Assembly: GCF_001598795.1 (NCBI RefSeq)
Contig: NZ_BCZP01000006.1
Span: 210,001 to 242,000, forward strand
DNA: 32,000 nt
Reading direction: 5' to 3'
From: Delftia acidovorans NBRC 14950
GTDB lineage: Bacteria > Pseudomonadota > Gammaproteobacteria > Burkholderiales > Burkholderiaceae_C
The notes below the pieces were generated by a model. It saw only the letters and a list, made by a program, of their open reading frames with translations, was not told where the DNA came from and did no database searches. A program made the translations under genes and the position numbers. Numbering within the stretch: the stretch's first letter is position 1; every line of letters starts with the position of its first letter. Below are positions 1 to 8,435 of the stretch, in pieces.

Positions 1-149
1 GCGCGTTCTTTGCGACGCCGCGCCAGCCCTGCCCCTTTTTCAGGCTGCGCCTGTCCTCCATTGCCATCGATCAGATCGATGCCGGCATCCAGGCGCTGGC
101 GCGGGCGGTGATGGAGCTGGACTCAGCCCGCAATCACTGCTGCGCGTAG
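1..149 (+). CDS. 3' end of a gene entering from the left edge (C-terminal ~49 aa); tentatively the C-terminus of a PLP-dependent aminotransferase-like protein
   Basis: Frame 3 is open from the window edge to TAG at 147..149 with strong G/C third-position bias. Its tail ...FFRLRLSSIAIDQIDAGIQALARAVMEL resembles the RLSF...I.eGi.rLa.al ending of class I/II aminotransferases. It is too short for a firm call and overlaps the convergent gene by 16 nt. Confidence 0.3.
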   Translation, partial: AFFATPRQPCPFFRLRLSSIAIDQIDAGIQALARAVMELDSARNHCCA

Positions 150-1033
150 GATTCCAGCGGCTTGTCGTTGGGCTTTTGCAGCAGCTGCTTGAGCAGGTCG
201 CTCATGGGCAGGTTCAGCGGGGCATTCTTGGGCGGAATGGGCTGCACGAACCACTTGTCGTAGATCTTCGCCACTTCGCCCGAGGCCATCATGCCCACCA
301 GCACGTCGTCCACGGCCTTCTTGAAGGCGGGGTCATCGCGGCGGAACAGGATGGCGATGGGCTCGGAGCCCAGCACCTCGCCCACGATCTTGAAGCCTGC
401 AGGGTTCTTGGAGTTGGCGATGACGCCGGCCAGCAGGTTGTCGTCCAGCACGAAGGCATCGGCACGGCCCGATTCGAGCATCAGAAAGCTCTCGAAATGG
501 TCCTTGCCCAGCGAGGTGGGCAGGTTCACGCCATTGTCGCGCCCGTACTTGCGCAGCAGCTGCACGGCGGTCGTGCCGGCCGAGGCCGCCACGGGCTTGC
601 CGTCGAGCTGCTTGAAGGAGGTGATGCCCGAGTCGGCGCGCACGGCCATGCGCACCTGGCTCACGTAGGTGGTCACGGCAAAGGCCACCTGCTTTTGGCG
701 AGCGAGGTTGTTCGTGGTCGGGCCGCAGCCGATGTCCACGGTGCCGTTCTGCACCAGGGGCATGGTGTTCTGCGAGGTCAGGGCCATGTACTCGATCTTG
801 GCCTTGGGCACGATCTGGGCCAGCACCTTCTCGCACAGCTCCACGTGGTAGCCCACGTACTTCTGCGTGGTCCCGAAGGCATAGGCCATGGGCGCCGAGC
901 TTTCGCGCACGCCCATCACCACCTTGCCTGTGCTCTGGATCTTGTCCAGCGTGCCGGCCGCCTCCTGTGCATGGGCAGCGCCAGTTGCCGCCACCACACA
1001 TGCCATCGCCACATGGGCCAGTACGAATCGCAT
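134..1033 (-). CDS. gltI: Periplasmic glutamate/aspartate-type amino-acid ABC transporter substrate-binding protein
   Basis: ORF 134..1105 trimmed to the ATG at 1033, which has an AAGGAGA Shine-Dalgarno just upstream. Signal peptide MRFVLAHVAMACVVAATGAAHA. Collinear with E. coli GltI as I recall it (TLDKI..G..V.G.RESS.P, TSQN..PL.QNGT.D..CG.TTNN..RQKQ.AF, DKWF..PIPPKN, KPNDK tail). Confidence 0.85.
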   Translation of the reverse strand: MRFVLAHVAMACVVAATGAAHAQEAAGTLDKIQSTGKVVMGVRESSAPMAYAFGTTQKYVGYHVELCEKVLAQIVPKAKIEYMALTSQNTMPLVQNGTVDIGCGPTTNNLARQKQVAFAVTTYVSQVRMAVRADSGITSFKQLDGKPVAASAGTTAVQLLRKYGRDNGVNLPTSLGKDHFESFLMLESGRADAFVLDDNLLAGVIANSKNPAGFKIVGEVLGSEPIAILFRRDDPAFKKAVDDVLVGMMASGEVAKIYDKWFVQPIPPKNAPLNLPMSDLLKQLLQKPNDKPLESYAQQ

Positions 1034-1264
1034 CGAGGGTCTCCTTGGATAGTTGTTGCAGGTCCGAAGGCGCGCTGCGCCTCCACCCTGCCGTGCCGCC
1101 GTCACCGGCTGCCTCCAGGCAGGGCCGCCGTCAAGGCGATTGCATCAACTATCGAGCAATCAGGCGCCTGTGCATAACGATGAAATGGAAGAAGGTCATG
1201 CTCCACCCACATGACCCGGCACCCTGCTGGTGCGCCGCGTTGGCCACAGGCCCGCCGCGCCCGG

Positions 1265-2884
1265 TCAGCCGGCCGACCCTGCCGCAAGCCGGTGCATGAG
1301 GCCCTGCGTCGAGGCATCGACGCCCTGCCAGTCGCCGCTGTCCTGGCGCGCATGCAGCTGGCGCGCCAGGTGCTTGCCCAGCTCCACGCCCCATTGGTCG
1401 AAGCTGTTGATGCCCCAGACCGCACCTGCGGAAAAGACACGGTGCTCATACAGCGCGATCAGGGCGCCCAGCGATGCCGGGTCCAGCTGCTGCAGCAGCA
1501 GGAAGCTGCTGGGCCGGTTGCCCGCGCAATGGCGCTCTGCCCCTTCGCCGTGGCGCCCCTCCATCAGGGCCTGGGCCTGGGCAATGGCATTGACGACCAG
1601 GCTCTGGTGGTGTGCGCCCAGGTATTTGCCGCCGTCGCGCAGCGCGATGAACTCCACGGGAATCACGTCCTGGCCCTGGTGCAGCATCTGGAAGAAGGCA
1701 TGCTGGCCATTGGTGCCGGGCTCGCCCCAGATCACGGGCGCCGTGCGCACGGGCAGGGTCTGCCCGCCGCGCGTCACGCCCTTGCCGTTGCTCTCCATCT
1801 CCAGCTGCTGCAGGTAGGCGGTCAGCCGCCGCAGGCCATGGCTGTAGGGGGCAATGCAGCGGCTGGAGAAGCCGCAGAAATCGCGGTACCAGACGTCCAG
1901 CAGGCCCAGGCGCAGCGGCAGGTTGCCGTCCACGCCCGAGGAAAAGAAATGCGCGTCCATGGCATGCGCGCCGTCCAGCAGCGCACGGAACTGCGCCGCG
2001 CCAATGGCAATGGCCACCGGCAGGCCGATGGCCGACCACAGCGAAAAACGGCCGCCCACCCAGTCCCAGAATCCCAGCGTGCGGCGGATGCCGAAGTCGG
2101 CTGCTGCCTGCACATTGGTGGTGAGCGCCACGAAGTGCCGGTCGATGGAGCACGCGGCCTGCGGGTCCTCGCTGCCGCCCTGCTCCAGGAACCACCGGCG
2201 CGCCGAGTGCGCGTTGAGCATGGTCTCGGCCGTGGTGAAGGATTTGGAGGCGATCAGGAACAGCGTGCTGTGCGGGCGCACGCGGCGCAGCACATGGCCG
2301 AGCTCATGGCCATCGACGTTGGAGACGAAATGGAAATTCTTGCCCGCATCGACCCAGTCCTCCAGCGCATTGACCACCACTTCGGGGCCCAGGTGCGAGC
2401 CGCCGATGCCGATGTTCACGATGTCGGTGATGCCCTCGTCACCACGCACCTGCTCGGCCAGGGCCAGCATGGCGTCCAGCGTCTCGTGCACCTGGCCCAG
2501 CGCCTCGTGCATGGCCGGCTGCCACTGCTGCACGGTGGCGCAGTGGCGCAGCTGGCCGCCGTCGCGCGGCATGCGCAGCAGCCAGTGCATGACGGCACGG
2601 CCTTCGGTGCAGTTGACGGGCTCGCCGGCCAGCATGGCGTCGCGCTGGGCCAGCACGCCGGCCTGCTGCGCCAGCTCGCGCAGCAGCTCTTCGGTGCGCT
2701 CGGTCCAGAGGTTCTTGGACAGGTCGGCAAAGACATGGGGCGCCTGCTGGCTCAGCGCGTCCAGCCGGCCCGCGTCCGCGGCAAAGGCCTGGCGCAGATC
2801 CAGGGTCTGGATGTCTTCGTGGAAATGGCTTTCAAGTGCCGGCCATGCCGGCAAGGTATTGCACAGAACGGGCAAGGTCTTCAT
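1265..2884 (-). CDS. pgi: Glucose-6-phosphate isomerase
   Basis: 539-aa ORF with PGI signatures NIGIGGSHLGPEVV, LEMESNGKGV and WGEPGTNGQHAFFQMLHQG. It starts 4 nt after the tal stop, so the two look like one operon. Confidence 0.93.
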   Translation of the reverse strand: MKTLPVLCNTLPAWPALESHFHEDIQTLDLRQAFAADAGRLDALSQQAPHVFADLSKNLWTERTEELLRELAQQAGVLAQRDAMLAGEPVNCTEGRAVMHWLLRMPRDGGQLRHCATVQQWQPAMHEALGQVHETLDAMLALAEQVRGDEGITDIVNIGIGGSHLGPEVVVNALEDWVDAGKNFHFVSNVDGHELGHVLRRVRPHSTLFLIASKSFTTAETMLNAHSARRWFLEQGGSEDPQAACSIDRHFVALTTNVQAAADFGIRRTLGFWDWVGGRFSLWSAIGLPVAIAIGAAQFRALLDGAHAMDAHFFSSGVDGNLPLRLGLLDVWYRDFCGFSSRCIAPYSHGLRRLTAYLQQLEMESNGKGVTRGGQTLPVRTAPVIWGEPGTNGQHAFFQMLHQGQDVIPVEFIALRDGGKYLGAHHQSLVVNAIAQAQALMEGRHGEGAERHCAGNRPSSFLLLQQLDPASLGALIALYEHRVFSAGAVWGINSFDQWGVELGKHLARQLHARQDSGDWQGVDASTQGLMHRLAAGSAG

Positions 2885-2888
2885 CCAA

Positions 2889-3842
2889 TCAGTCTGCGGC
2901 CTGCTGCATCAATGCTTCGAGCTTGCGCGTGTCGGCAGCAAAGGCGCGAATGCCTTCGGCCAGCTTTTCGGTGCCCATGGCGTCTTCGTTGAGGGCCAGG
3001 CGGAACCCGGCCTCGTCGTAGTGCACGGGATCGAGCTCCAGGGTCCGCGCCGCCTCGGGGTCCAGGGCGCGCGCCAGGGGCGCATCGCTGGCGCCCAGCT
3101 GGGCCAGCAGTTCGGGGGCGATGGTCAACAGGTCACAGCCGGCCAGTGCCACGATCTGGCCCGTGTTGCGAAAGCTCGCGCCCATGACCTCGGTGGCGAT
3201 GCCGAAGTGCTTGTAGTGCTCGTAGATGGCACGCACGGAACGCACGCCGGGGTCGTTGGCGCCGGCCATGGCGGCCTCGTCCCACTGGGCGCCAGCCTGC
3301 TTCTTGTACCAGTCGTAGATGCGGCCCACGAAGGGCGAGATCAGCTGCACCTTGGCCTGTCCGCAGGCCACGGCCTGGCAGAACGAGAACAGCAGCGTGA
3401 GGTTGGTGTGGATGCCGCGCAGCTCCAGCTGACGCGCCGCCTCGATGCCTTCCCAGGTGGAGGCGATCTTGATGAGCACGCGGTCGATGTGCACGCCTTC
3501 GGCTTGGTACAGCTCGATCAGGCGCTCGGCACGTGCCACGGTGGCCGAGGTGTTGAACGACAGGCGCGCATCGACTTCAGTGGAGACACGGCCCGGAATG
3601 GTGTTCAGGATCTCGCAGCCAAAGCGCACCAGCATGCGGTCCATGACCTCGTCGAGGCTGCGGCCCTTGTACTGGGCCACGGTGGCACGCATCAGCGGTG
3701 CGTACTCGGGCTTTTGCACCGCCTTGAGGATGAGCGAGGGATTGGTGGTCGCATCCCGTGGCTGGAACTGGGCCAGTTGGTGGAAGTCGCCGGTATCGGC
3801 CACCACGGTCGTGTACTGTCGAAGCGCGTCAAGCTGGTTCAT
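2889..3842 (-). CDS. tal: Transaldolase
   Basis: ORF 2889..3911 trimmed to the ATG at 3842 (AAAGGA SD upstream). The N-terminus [20 protein letters not shown]...ATTNPSLIL and the motifs [29 protein letters not shown] and [12 protein letters not shown] match E. coli TalB almost collinearly. Confidence 0.93.
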   Translation of the reverse strand: MNQLDALRQYTTVVADTGDFHQLAQFQPRDATTNPSLILKAVQKPEYAPLMRATVAQYKGRSLDEVMDRMLVRFGCEILNTIPGRVSTEVDARLSFNTSATVARAERLIELYQAEGVHIDRVLIKIASTWEGIEAARQLELRGIHTNLTLLFSFCQAVACGQAKVQLISPFVGRIYDWYKKQAGAQWDEAAMAGANDPGVRSVRAIYEHYKHFGIATEVMGASFRNTGQIVALAGCDLLTIAPELLAQLGASDAPLARALDPEAARTLELDPVHYDEAGFRLALNEDAMGTEKLAEGIRAFAADTRKLEALMQQAAD

Positions 3843-4050
3843 GGAACATCCTTTGGGCGGGAGCCTGGCGAGGGGCGGCATCGCACCAGGGCGGTGCGGT
3901 TGTACCGGCAAATCCTTCGAGTGTATGCGCCCGCATGGTTTGCATCGGCGTCAGGAAAGTAAGCGAAGGCTGCCGCTCATGCAAAATGCGCGCTGGATCT
4001 GCCTTGCGGCAACCGCTTCCCTTTACCCATAGAACAACGCCCACCGCCTA

Positions 4051-4896
4051 ATGCTGGACCGCATCACCGCCTCGCTGCCCTCGCTTGCTCCCGCCGAACA
4101 ACGCGTGGCCCGCCTGGTGCTGGCCGATCCTCGGGCCTTCGCACGGCAGCCGGTGCGCGAACTGGCCGAGCGCGCCCATGTCAGCAAGCCGACGGTGGTG
4201 CGCTTTTGCCGCAGCATGGGCTACGACGGCCTGGCCGACTTCAAGCTCAAGCTGGCCGGCAGCGTCAGCGAGGGTGTGCCCTTCATCCACCGCAGCGTGG
4301 ACACCGACGACAAGACCAGCGACGTGATGGTCAAGGTGGTGGACAACGCCGTGGCCGCCTTCCTGCAATACCGCAATGCCGCCAGCACCACGGCCATAGA
4401 GCAGGCGGCGCAGGCCATCGCCTCGACCTGGCAGACGGGGCGGCGCATCGAGTTCTACGGCGCAGGCAATTCGGGCATTGTGGCCCAGGACGCGCAGCAC
4501 AAGTTCTTTCGCCTGGGCGTGACCAGCCTGGCCACCAGCGACGGCCACATGCAGGTGATGAGCGCCACCCTGCTGGGGCCCGGCGACTGCGCGGTGATCA
4601 TTTCCAACTCGGGCCGCACGCGCGACCTGATGGACGCCGCCGACATCGCGCGCAAGAACGGCGCCACCACGATTGCCATCACCGCCAGCGGCTCGCCCCT
4701 GGCCTCGGCCTGCCACATCCATCTGGCCGCCGACCATCCCGAGGGCTACGACCGCTACAGCCCCATGGTGTCGCGCCTGCTGCACCTGCTGGTCATCGAC
4801 GTGCTGGCCACCTGCGTGGCGCTGCGCATCGGCCCGGCCCTGCAGCCTGCGCTGGAGCAGATGAAGAACAACCTGCGGGCCAAGCGCTACACGTAG
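4051..4896 (+). CDS. hexR: RpiR/HexR-family transcriptional regulator (HTH_6 + SIS domain)
   Basis: 281-aa ORF. The N-terminal HTH region (ERAHVSKPTVVRFCRSMGYDGLADFKLKLA) and a SIS sugar-phosphate-binding domain (IEFYGAGNSGIVAQDAQHKFFRLG) are present. It is divergent from tal-pgi, the usual HexR context. Confidence 0.85.
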   Translation: MLDRITASLPSLAPAEQRVARLVLADPRAFARQPVRELAERAHVSKPTVVRFCRSMGYDGLADFKLKLAGSVSEGVPFIHRSVDTDDKTSDVMVKVVDNAVAAFLQYRNAASTTAIEQAAQAIASTWQTGRRIEFYGAGNSGIVAQDAQHKFFRLGVTSLATSDGHMQVMSATLLGPGDCAVIISNSGRTRDLMDAADIARKNGATTIAITASGSPLASACHIHLAADHPEGYDRYSPMVSRLLHLLVIDVLATCVALRIGPALQPALEQMKNNLRAKRYT

Positions 4897-4924
4897 CACC
4901 GGCCCCCAGGCCCACCCTCCTCGC

Positions 4925-6250
4925 TCAGCCCTGCCAGCGCCTGAGCACCAGCGAGGCGTTGACGCCACCAAAGCCGAAACCGTTGACCAGGGCATGCTCC
5001 ATGGCCCAGGGTCTTGCCGCGCCGGCGATCAGGTCCAGCCCCTGGGCCAGGGGATCGGGCTCCACGAGATTGCGCGTGGCCGGCGCCATCTGGTCGCGCA
5101 GCGCCAGCACCGTGAAGATGGCCGCCACCGCGCCCGCCGCGCCCAGCAAATGGCCCGTGGCCGACTTGGTGGAGCTGATCGCCGCGCCGCTGCCCTCGCC
5201 AAACAGGGAGCGCATGGCCGCCAGCTCGCCCCGGTCGCCCACGGGCGTGGAGGTGGCGTGGGCATTGAGGTACTGCAGCTGATCCGGCGACAGCCCGGCC
5301 ATGGCCAGCGCCTGCGCCATGCTGCGGCGCGCGCCGTCACCATCCTCCGGGCCCGAGGTGATGTGATAGGCATCGGCGCTGGTGCCGTAGCCCACCACTT
5401 CGGCCAGCGGCACGGCGCCGCGCGCCAGGGCGTGGTCCAGCCCCTCCAGCACCAGGGCGCCCGCGCCCTCGCCCATGACAAAGCCGTCGCGGCCTGTGTC
5501 GAAGGGGCGCGAGGCCTCCTCGGGCCGGTCGTTGTATCCCGTGGAAAGGGCCTTGGCCGCCGCGAATGCGCCCAGGCTCACGCGGTCGATGGCAGCCTCG
5601 GTGCCGCCGCACAGCGCCACATCGGCCTCGCCCGAACGGATCATGCGCAGGCCGTCGCCCACCGCCTGAACGCTGGCCGCGCAGGCAGTGACCGGCGCAC
5701 CCAGCGGACCCTTGAGCCCATGGCGTATCGACACATGCCCGGCCGCGAGATTGACCAGGAAAGACGGCACGGTGAAGGGCGACAGGCGCGACACCCCCCG
5801 GCTGTCCGTGGTGCGCACGGCCTGGGCAATGGCGCCAAAGCCCCCGATGCCCGAGGCAATGATGCAGGCCGTGCGCGTGCGCTCCTGCTCGCTGGCAGGC
5901 TGCCAGCCGGCCTGGGCCAGGGCCTGGTCCGATGCGTCCAGCGCCAGCGGAATGAAGCGGTCCATCTTGCGCTGGTCCTTGGGCGAGACCACGGCATCGA
6001 TGTCCCAGCCGCCTTCCGGGTCGCGGGCCAGGTCGGGCACCTGGCCTGCCACCTGGCCCGGCACATCGGGCGCCAGATCCTCGGGCAGCCGGCTCAGGCC
6101 CGATGCGCCGGACAGCAGCCGGCGCCAGGCCAATTCAGTGCCCCGCCCCAGCGGCGAGACCATGCCCATGCCCGTGATGACCACGCGGCGAGGCAGGTGG
6201 GCAGCCGTATGGGACGTCTGGGACGTATGCGCCGTATGGGCCGTATTCAT
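4925..6250 (-). CDS. Beta-ketoacyl-ACP synthase II-like condensing enzyme (orphan FabF paralogue)
   Basis: ORF 4925..6415 trimmed to the ATG at 6250 (AGGAG SD upstream). Cys-His-His triad contexts are present: PVTACAAS, YLNAHATSTPVGD and STKSATGHLLGAAG. No acpP, fabG or fabD lies adjacent. The N-terminus carries a Thr/Ala/His repeat. Confidence 0.88.
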   Translation of the reverse strand: MNTAHTAHTSQTSHTAAHLPRRVVITGMGMVSPLGRGTELAWRRLLSGASGLSRLPEDLAPDVPGQVAGQVPDLARDPEGGWDIDAVVSPKDQRKMDRFIPLALDASDQALAQAGWQPASEQERTRTACIIASGIGGFGAIAQAVRTTDSRGVSRLSPFTVPSFLVNLAAGHVSIRHGLKGPLGAPVTACAASVQAVGDGLRMIRSGEADVALCGGTEAAIDRVSLGAFAAAKALSTGYNDRPEEASRPFDTGRDGFVMGEGAGALVLEGLDHALARGAVPLAEVVGYGTSADAYHITSGPEDGDGARRSMAQALAMAGLSPDQLQYLNAHATSTPVGDRGELAAMRSLFGEGSGAAISSTKSATGHLLGAAGAVAAIFTVLALRDQMAPATRNLVEPDPLAQGLDLIAGAARPWAMEHALVNGFGFGGVNASLVLRRWQG

Positions 6251-6392
6251 GAGCCGCTCCTGGCACACCGTGCGGAGGTCGGAGCGGGCCCAGGCAGCAG
6301 GCTGCGCAGAAGTGAACAGGCATTCATCGGTTCTTCCCTGTAGAGTGCACAGCCCCTGCAGAACATGGCGCACAGGCCATGGCAGGGGCTGA

Positions 6393-6418
6393 TTTATGAT
6401 GATTGCCGTCATCATAAA
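6393..6418. promoter_or_regulatory. Perfect 10-6-10 inverted repeat, candidate TetR operator
   Basis: TTTATGATGA-ttgccg-TCATCATAAA is an AT-rich island in GC-rich DNA. It ends 38 nt upstream of the tetR-family ATG (6457) and lies in the divergent region shared with the KAS gene. Confidence 0.5.
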
Positions 6419-6456
6419 CGTGTTTTGATAACGACCACAATCATTGGACAGCGCAC

Positions 6457-7059
6457 ATGAAAGTCACGAAAGCCCAGGCCGCGCAGAACCGGCAGGACAT
6501 CCTCGAAGCCGCCGCACGGCTGTACCGCGAGCACGGGCTGGACGGCGTCGGCGTGGCCGAGGTGACGCGCGGCGCGGGACTCACCCACGGCGGGCTCTAT
6601 CGCCACTTCGAATCCAAGGACGCGCTGGTGCGCGAGGCCTGCGCACGCGCCTTCGACTGGTCCATCGCGCCGCTGGACGGCCTGCAGGGTGAACAGGCCG
6701 GCGGCCTTGCCGCGCGCGTGCAGTCCTATCTGTCGCCACAGCACCGCGACAGCCCCGGCGAGGGCTGCCCCGCCGCAGCGCTGGCCGTGGACGTGGCCCG
6801 GGCAGGCGGCGATCTTTCAGCGGTGTTCGCCGAAGGGGTGGAACGCAACATCGGCAGATTTGCGCGCGTGATCGGCACACTTGGCGACGATCAGGCACCC
6901 GATGCCACACAGCGCGCCCAGGCCATGGCCATGCTCAGCAGCATGGTGGGCGCCCTGGTCCTGGCGCGTGCCACGGTCGCGGCCAATCCAGCCTTGTCCG
7001 ACGAGATTCTGAAAACGGTGCAGGCCCACCTTCTTGCGCCCGAGGGCCAGGCCCGTTGA
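6457..7059 (+). CDS. TetR/AcrR-family transcriptional regulator
   Basis: 200-aa ORF with an N-terminal TetR HTH (ILEAAARLYREHGLDGVGVAEVTRGAGLTHGGLYRHFESKDAL). Confidence 0.9.
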   Translation: MKVTKAQAAQNRQDILEAAARLYREHGLDGVGVAEVTRGAGLTHGGLYRHFESKDALVREACARAFDWSIAPLDGLQGEQAGGLAARVQSYLSPQHRDSPGEGCPAAALAVDVARAGGDLSAVFAEGVERNIGRFARVIGTLGDDQAPDATQRAQAMAMLSSMVGALVLARATVAANPALSDEILKTVQAHLLAPEGQAR

Positions 7060-7074
7060 CCCGCTCCGCCTGCG

Positions 7075-8301
7075 CTATACGTCCTGCGAATGCAGCGGCA
7101 TGGCCTGCTCGATCAGGCTGGCGTGCAGGGCAGCGCCCAGCGGCAACACTTCGTCGTTGAAGTCATACCGGCTGCTGTGCAGCGGCACCCCGGGCTGGGC
7201 GCCCGTGGATTGCCCCAGGCGCAGGTAGGCACCGGGCTTGTGCTGCAGCATGAACGAAAAGTCCTCGGCACCCATGCTGGGCTCCAGGTGCCGGTCCAGG
7301 TTCTCCACCCCCACCAGCGACTGGGCCACATCGGCAGCAAAGGCGGCCTCCGTGGGGGAGTTGATGGTGGCGGGATAGATGCGCTCGTAGTTGACCTTGG
7401 CCGTGGCACCGAGCCCCAGCGCCACCGCGCTGCACAACTCCTGCAGGCGCTGCTCGACACGGTCCTGCACGGCGGGGTCGAAGGTCCGCACGGTTCCCAC
7501 CAGCGTTGCCGTGCCCGGCATCACGCTGAAGGCGCCCAGGTCCCCGGCCTGCACGGCGCACAGGCTGATGACGGCACTGTCGATGGCGCGCACATTGCGC
7601 GAGACGATGCTCTGCACCGCCGTGGTGATGTGCGCGGCCGCCAGCACCACGTCCACCGTCTGGTAGGGATGCGCACCATGGCCGCCGCGCCCCGTGATCT
7701 CGATGGTGATGCGGTCGGCAGCCGCCATCATCGCGCCCATGTTGATGCCCACCGTGCCCGCACGCATGGCAGGCCAGTTGTGCATGGCGTACACGGCCTG
7801 CATCGGAAAGCGGTCGAAAAGACCATCGGCAATCATGGCCCGCGCGCCGCCGCGCCCTTCCTCGGCGGGCTGAAAGACCAGCACGGCCGAGCCATCGAAG
7901 CGCCGCGTCGCGGCCAGGTAGCGGGCGGCGCCCACCAGCATGGTCGTATGGCCGTCATGCCCGCAGCCGTGCATCAGCCCCTGCTTGCCGGACTTCCAGG
8001 GAAATTCGTTGTGCTCGACCATGGGCAGTGCGTCCATGTCGGCACGCAGGCCCACCATGGCGCCCGAACTGTGGCCCTGCCCGCGGATCACGGCCACCAG
8101 GCCCGTGGTGCCCAGGCCTTCATGGATCTCGTCCACACCGCACTGGCGCAAGGCCTCCTTGACGCGCGCCGCCGTGAAGCGCTCCTCGAATCCAAGCTCC
8201 GGATGCGCATGCAGCTCGCGGCGCAGCGCCGTCAGCTCCGGGTGGTACTGGGCGATCTGGGCAAAGGCCCGACCGCCTGCCTTGTATCGAGTGGCTTCCA
8301 T
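7075..8301 (-). CDS. M20D-family amidohydrolase (hippurate hydrolase / N-acyl-L-amino-acid amidohydrolase type)
   Basis: 408-aa ORF with motifs LRRELHAHPELGFEE, LRADMDALP, HGCGHDGHT, VFQPAEEG and MGAEDFSF typical of the peptidase M20D family. Confidence 0.9.
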   Translation of the reverse strand: MEATRYKAGGRAFAQIAQYHPELTALRRELHAHPELGFEERFTAARVKEALRQCGVDEIHEGLGTTGLVAVIRGQGHSSGAMVGLRADMDALPMVEHNEFPWKSGKQGLMHGCGHDGHTTMLVGAARYLAATRRFDGSAVLVFQPAEEGRGGARAMIADGLFDRFPMQAVYAMHNWPAMRAGTVGINMGAMMAAADRITIEITGRGGHGAHPYQTVDVVLAAAHITTAVQSIVSRNVRAIDSAVISLCAVQAGDLGAFSVMPGTATLVGTVRTFDPAVQDRVEQRLQELCSAVALGLGATAKVNYERIYPATINSPTEAAFAADVAQSLVGVENLDRHLEPSMGAEDFSFMLQHKPGAYLRLGQSTGAQPGVPLHSSRYDFNDEVLPLGAALHASLIEQAMPLHSQDV

Positions 8302-8384
8302 AGCCTTGGTTCTTTCGCTTCGTTGGCCTGCGCATTACCTTAACGCAGGAAATCGCGCCCGCCCACCGTCAGCCCATCGACAGG

Positions 8385-8411
8385 AAACAAAAAGGCCTCC
8401 CGAAGGAGGCC
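8385..8411 (-). terminator. Rho-independent terminator of the 8436..9584 porin gene
   Basis: On the minus strand the hairpin GGCCTCC-ttcg-GGAGGCC is followed by TTTTTGTTT, 25 nt downstream of the porin stop. Confidence 0.8.
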
Positions 8412-8435
8412 ATTCGTTGCGCAGACGCCGCGTGC

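Noticed and set aside
1194-1216. Inverted repeat GGTCATG-N9-CATGACC downstream of pgi
   Set aside because: It could be a weak pgi terminator, since the minus strand is followed by TTCTTCCATTTCAT. The stem is only 7 bp and the T-tract is interrupted, so I did not call it as a feature.
1211-3962. Plus-strand ORFs of 593 aa (1211..2992) and 702 aa (1854..3962)
   Set aside because: They are antisense to pgi and tal, both of which are confidently identified by motifs and by operon structure.
4048-6343. ORFs 4048..4995 (-), 4206..5282 (+) and 4994..6343 (+)
   Set aside because: They are shadow or out-of-frame ORFs over hexR and the KAS gene. Their translations are Arg/Gly/Ala/Pro-rich with no domain signatures.
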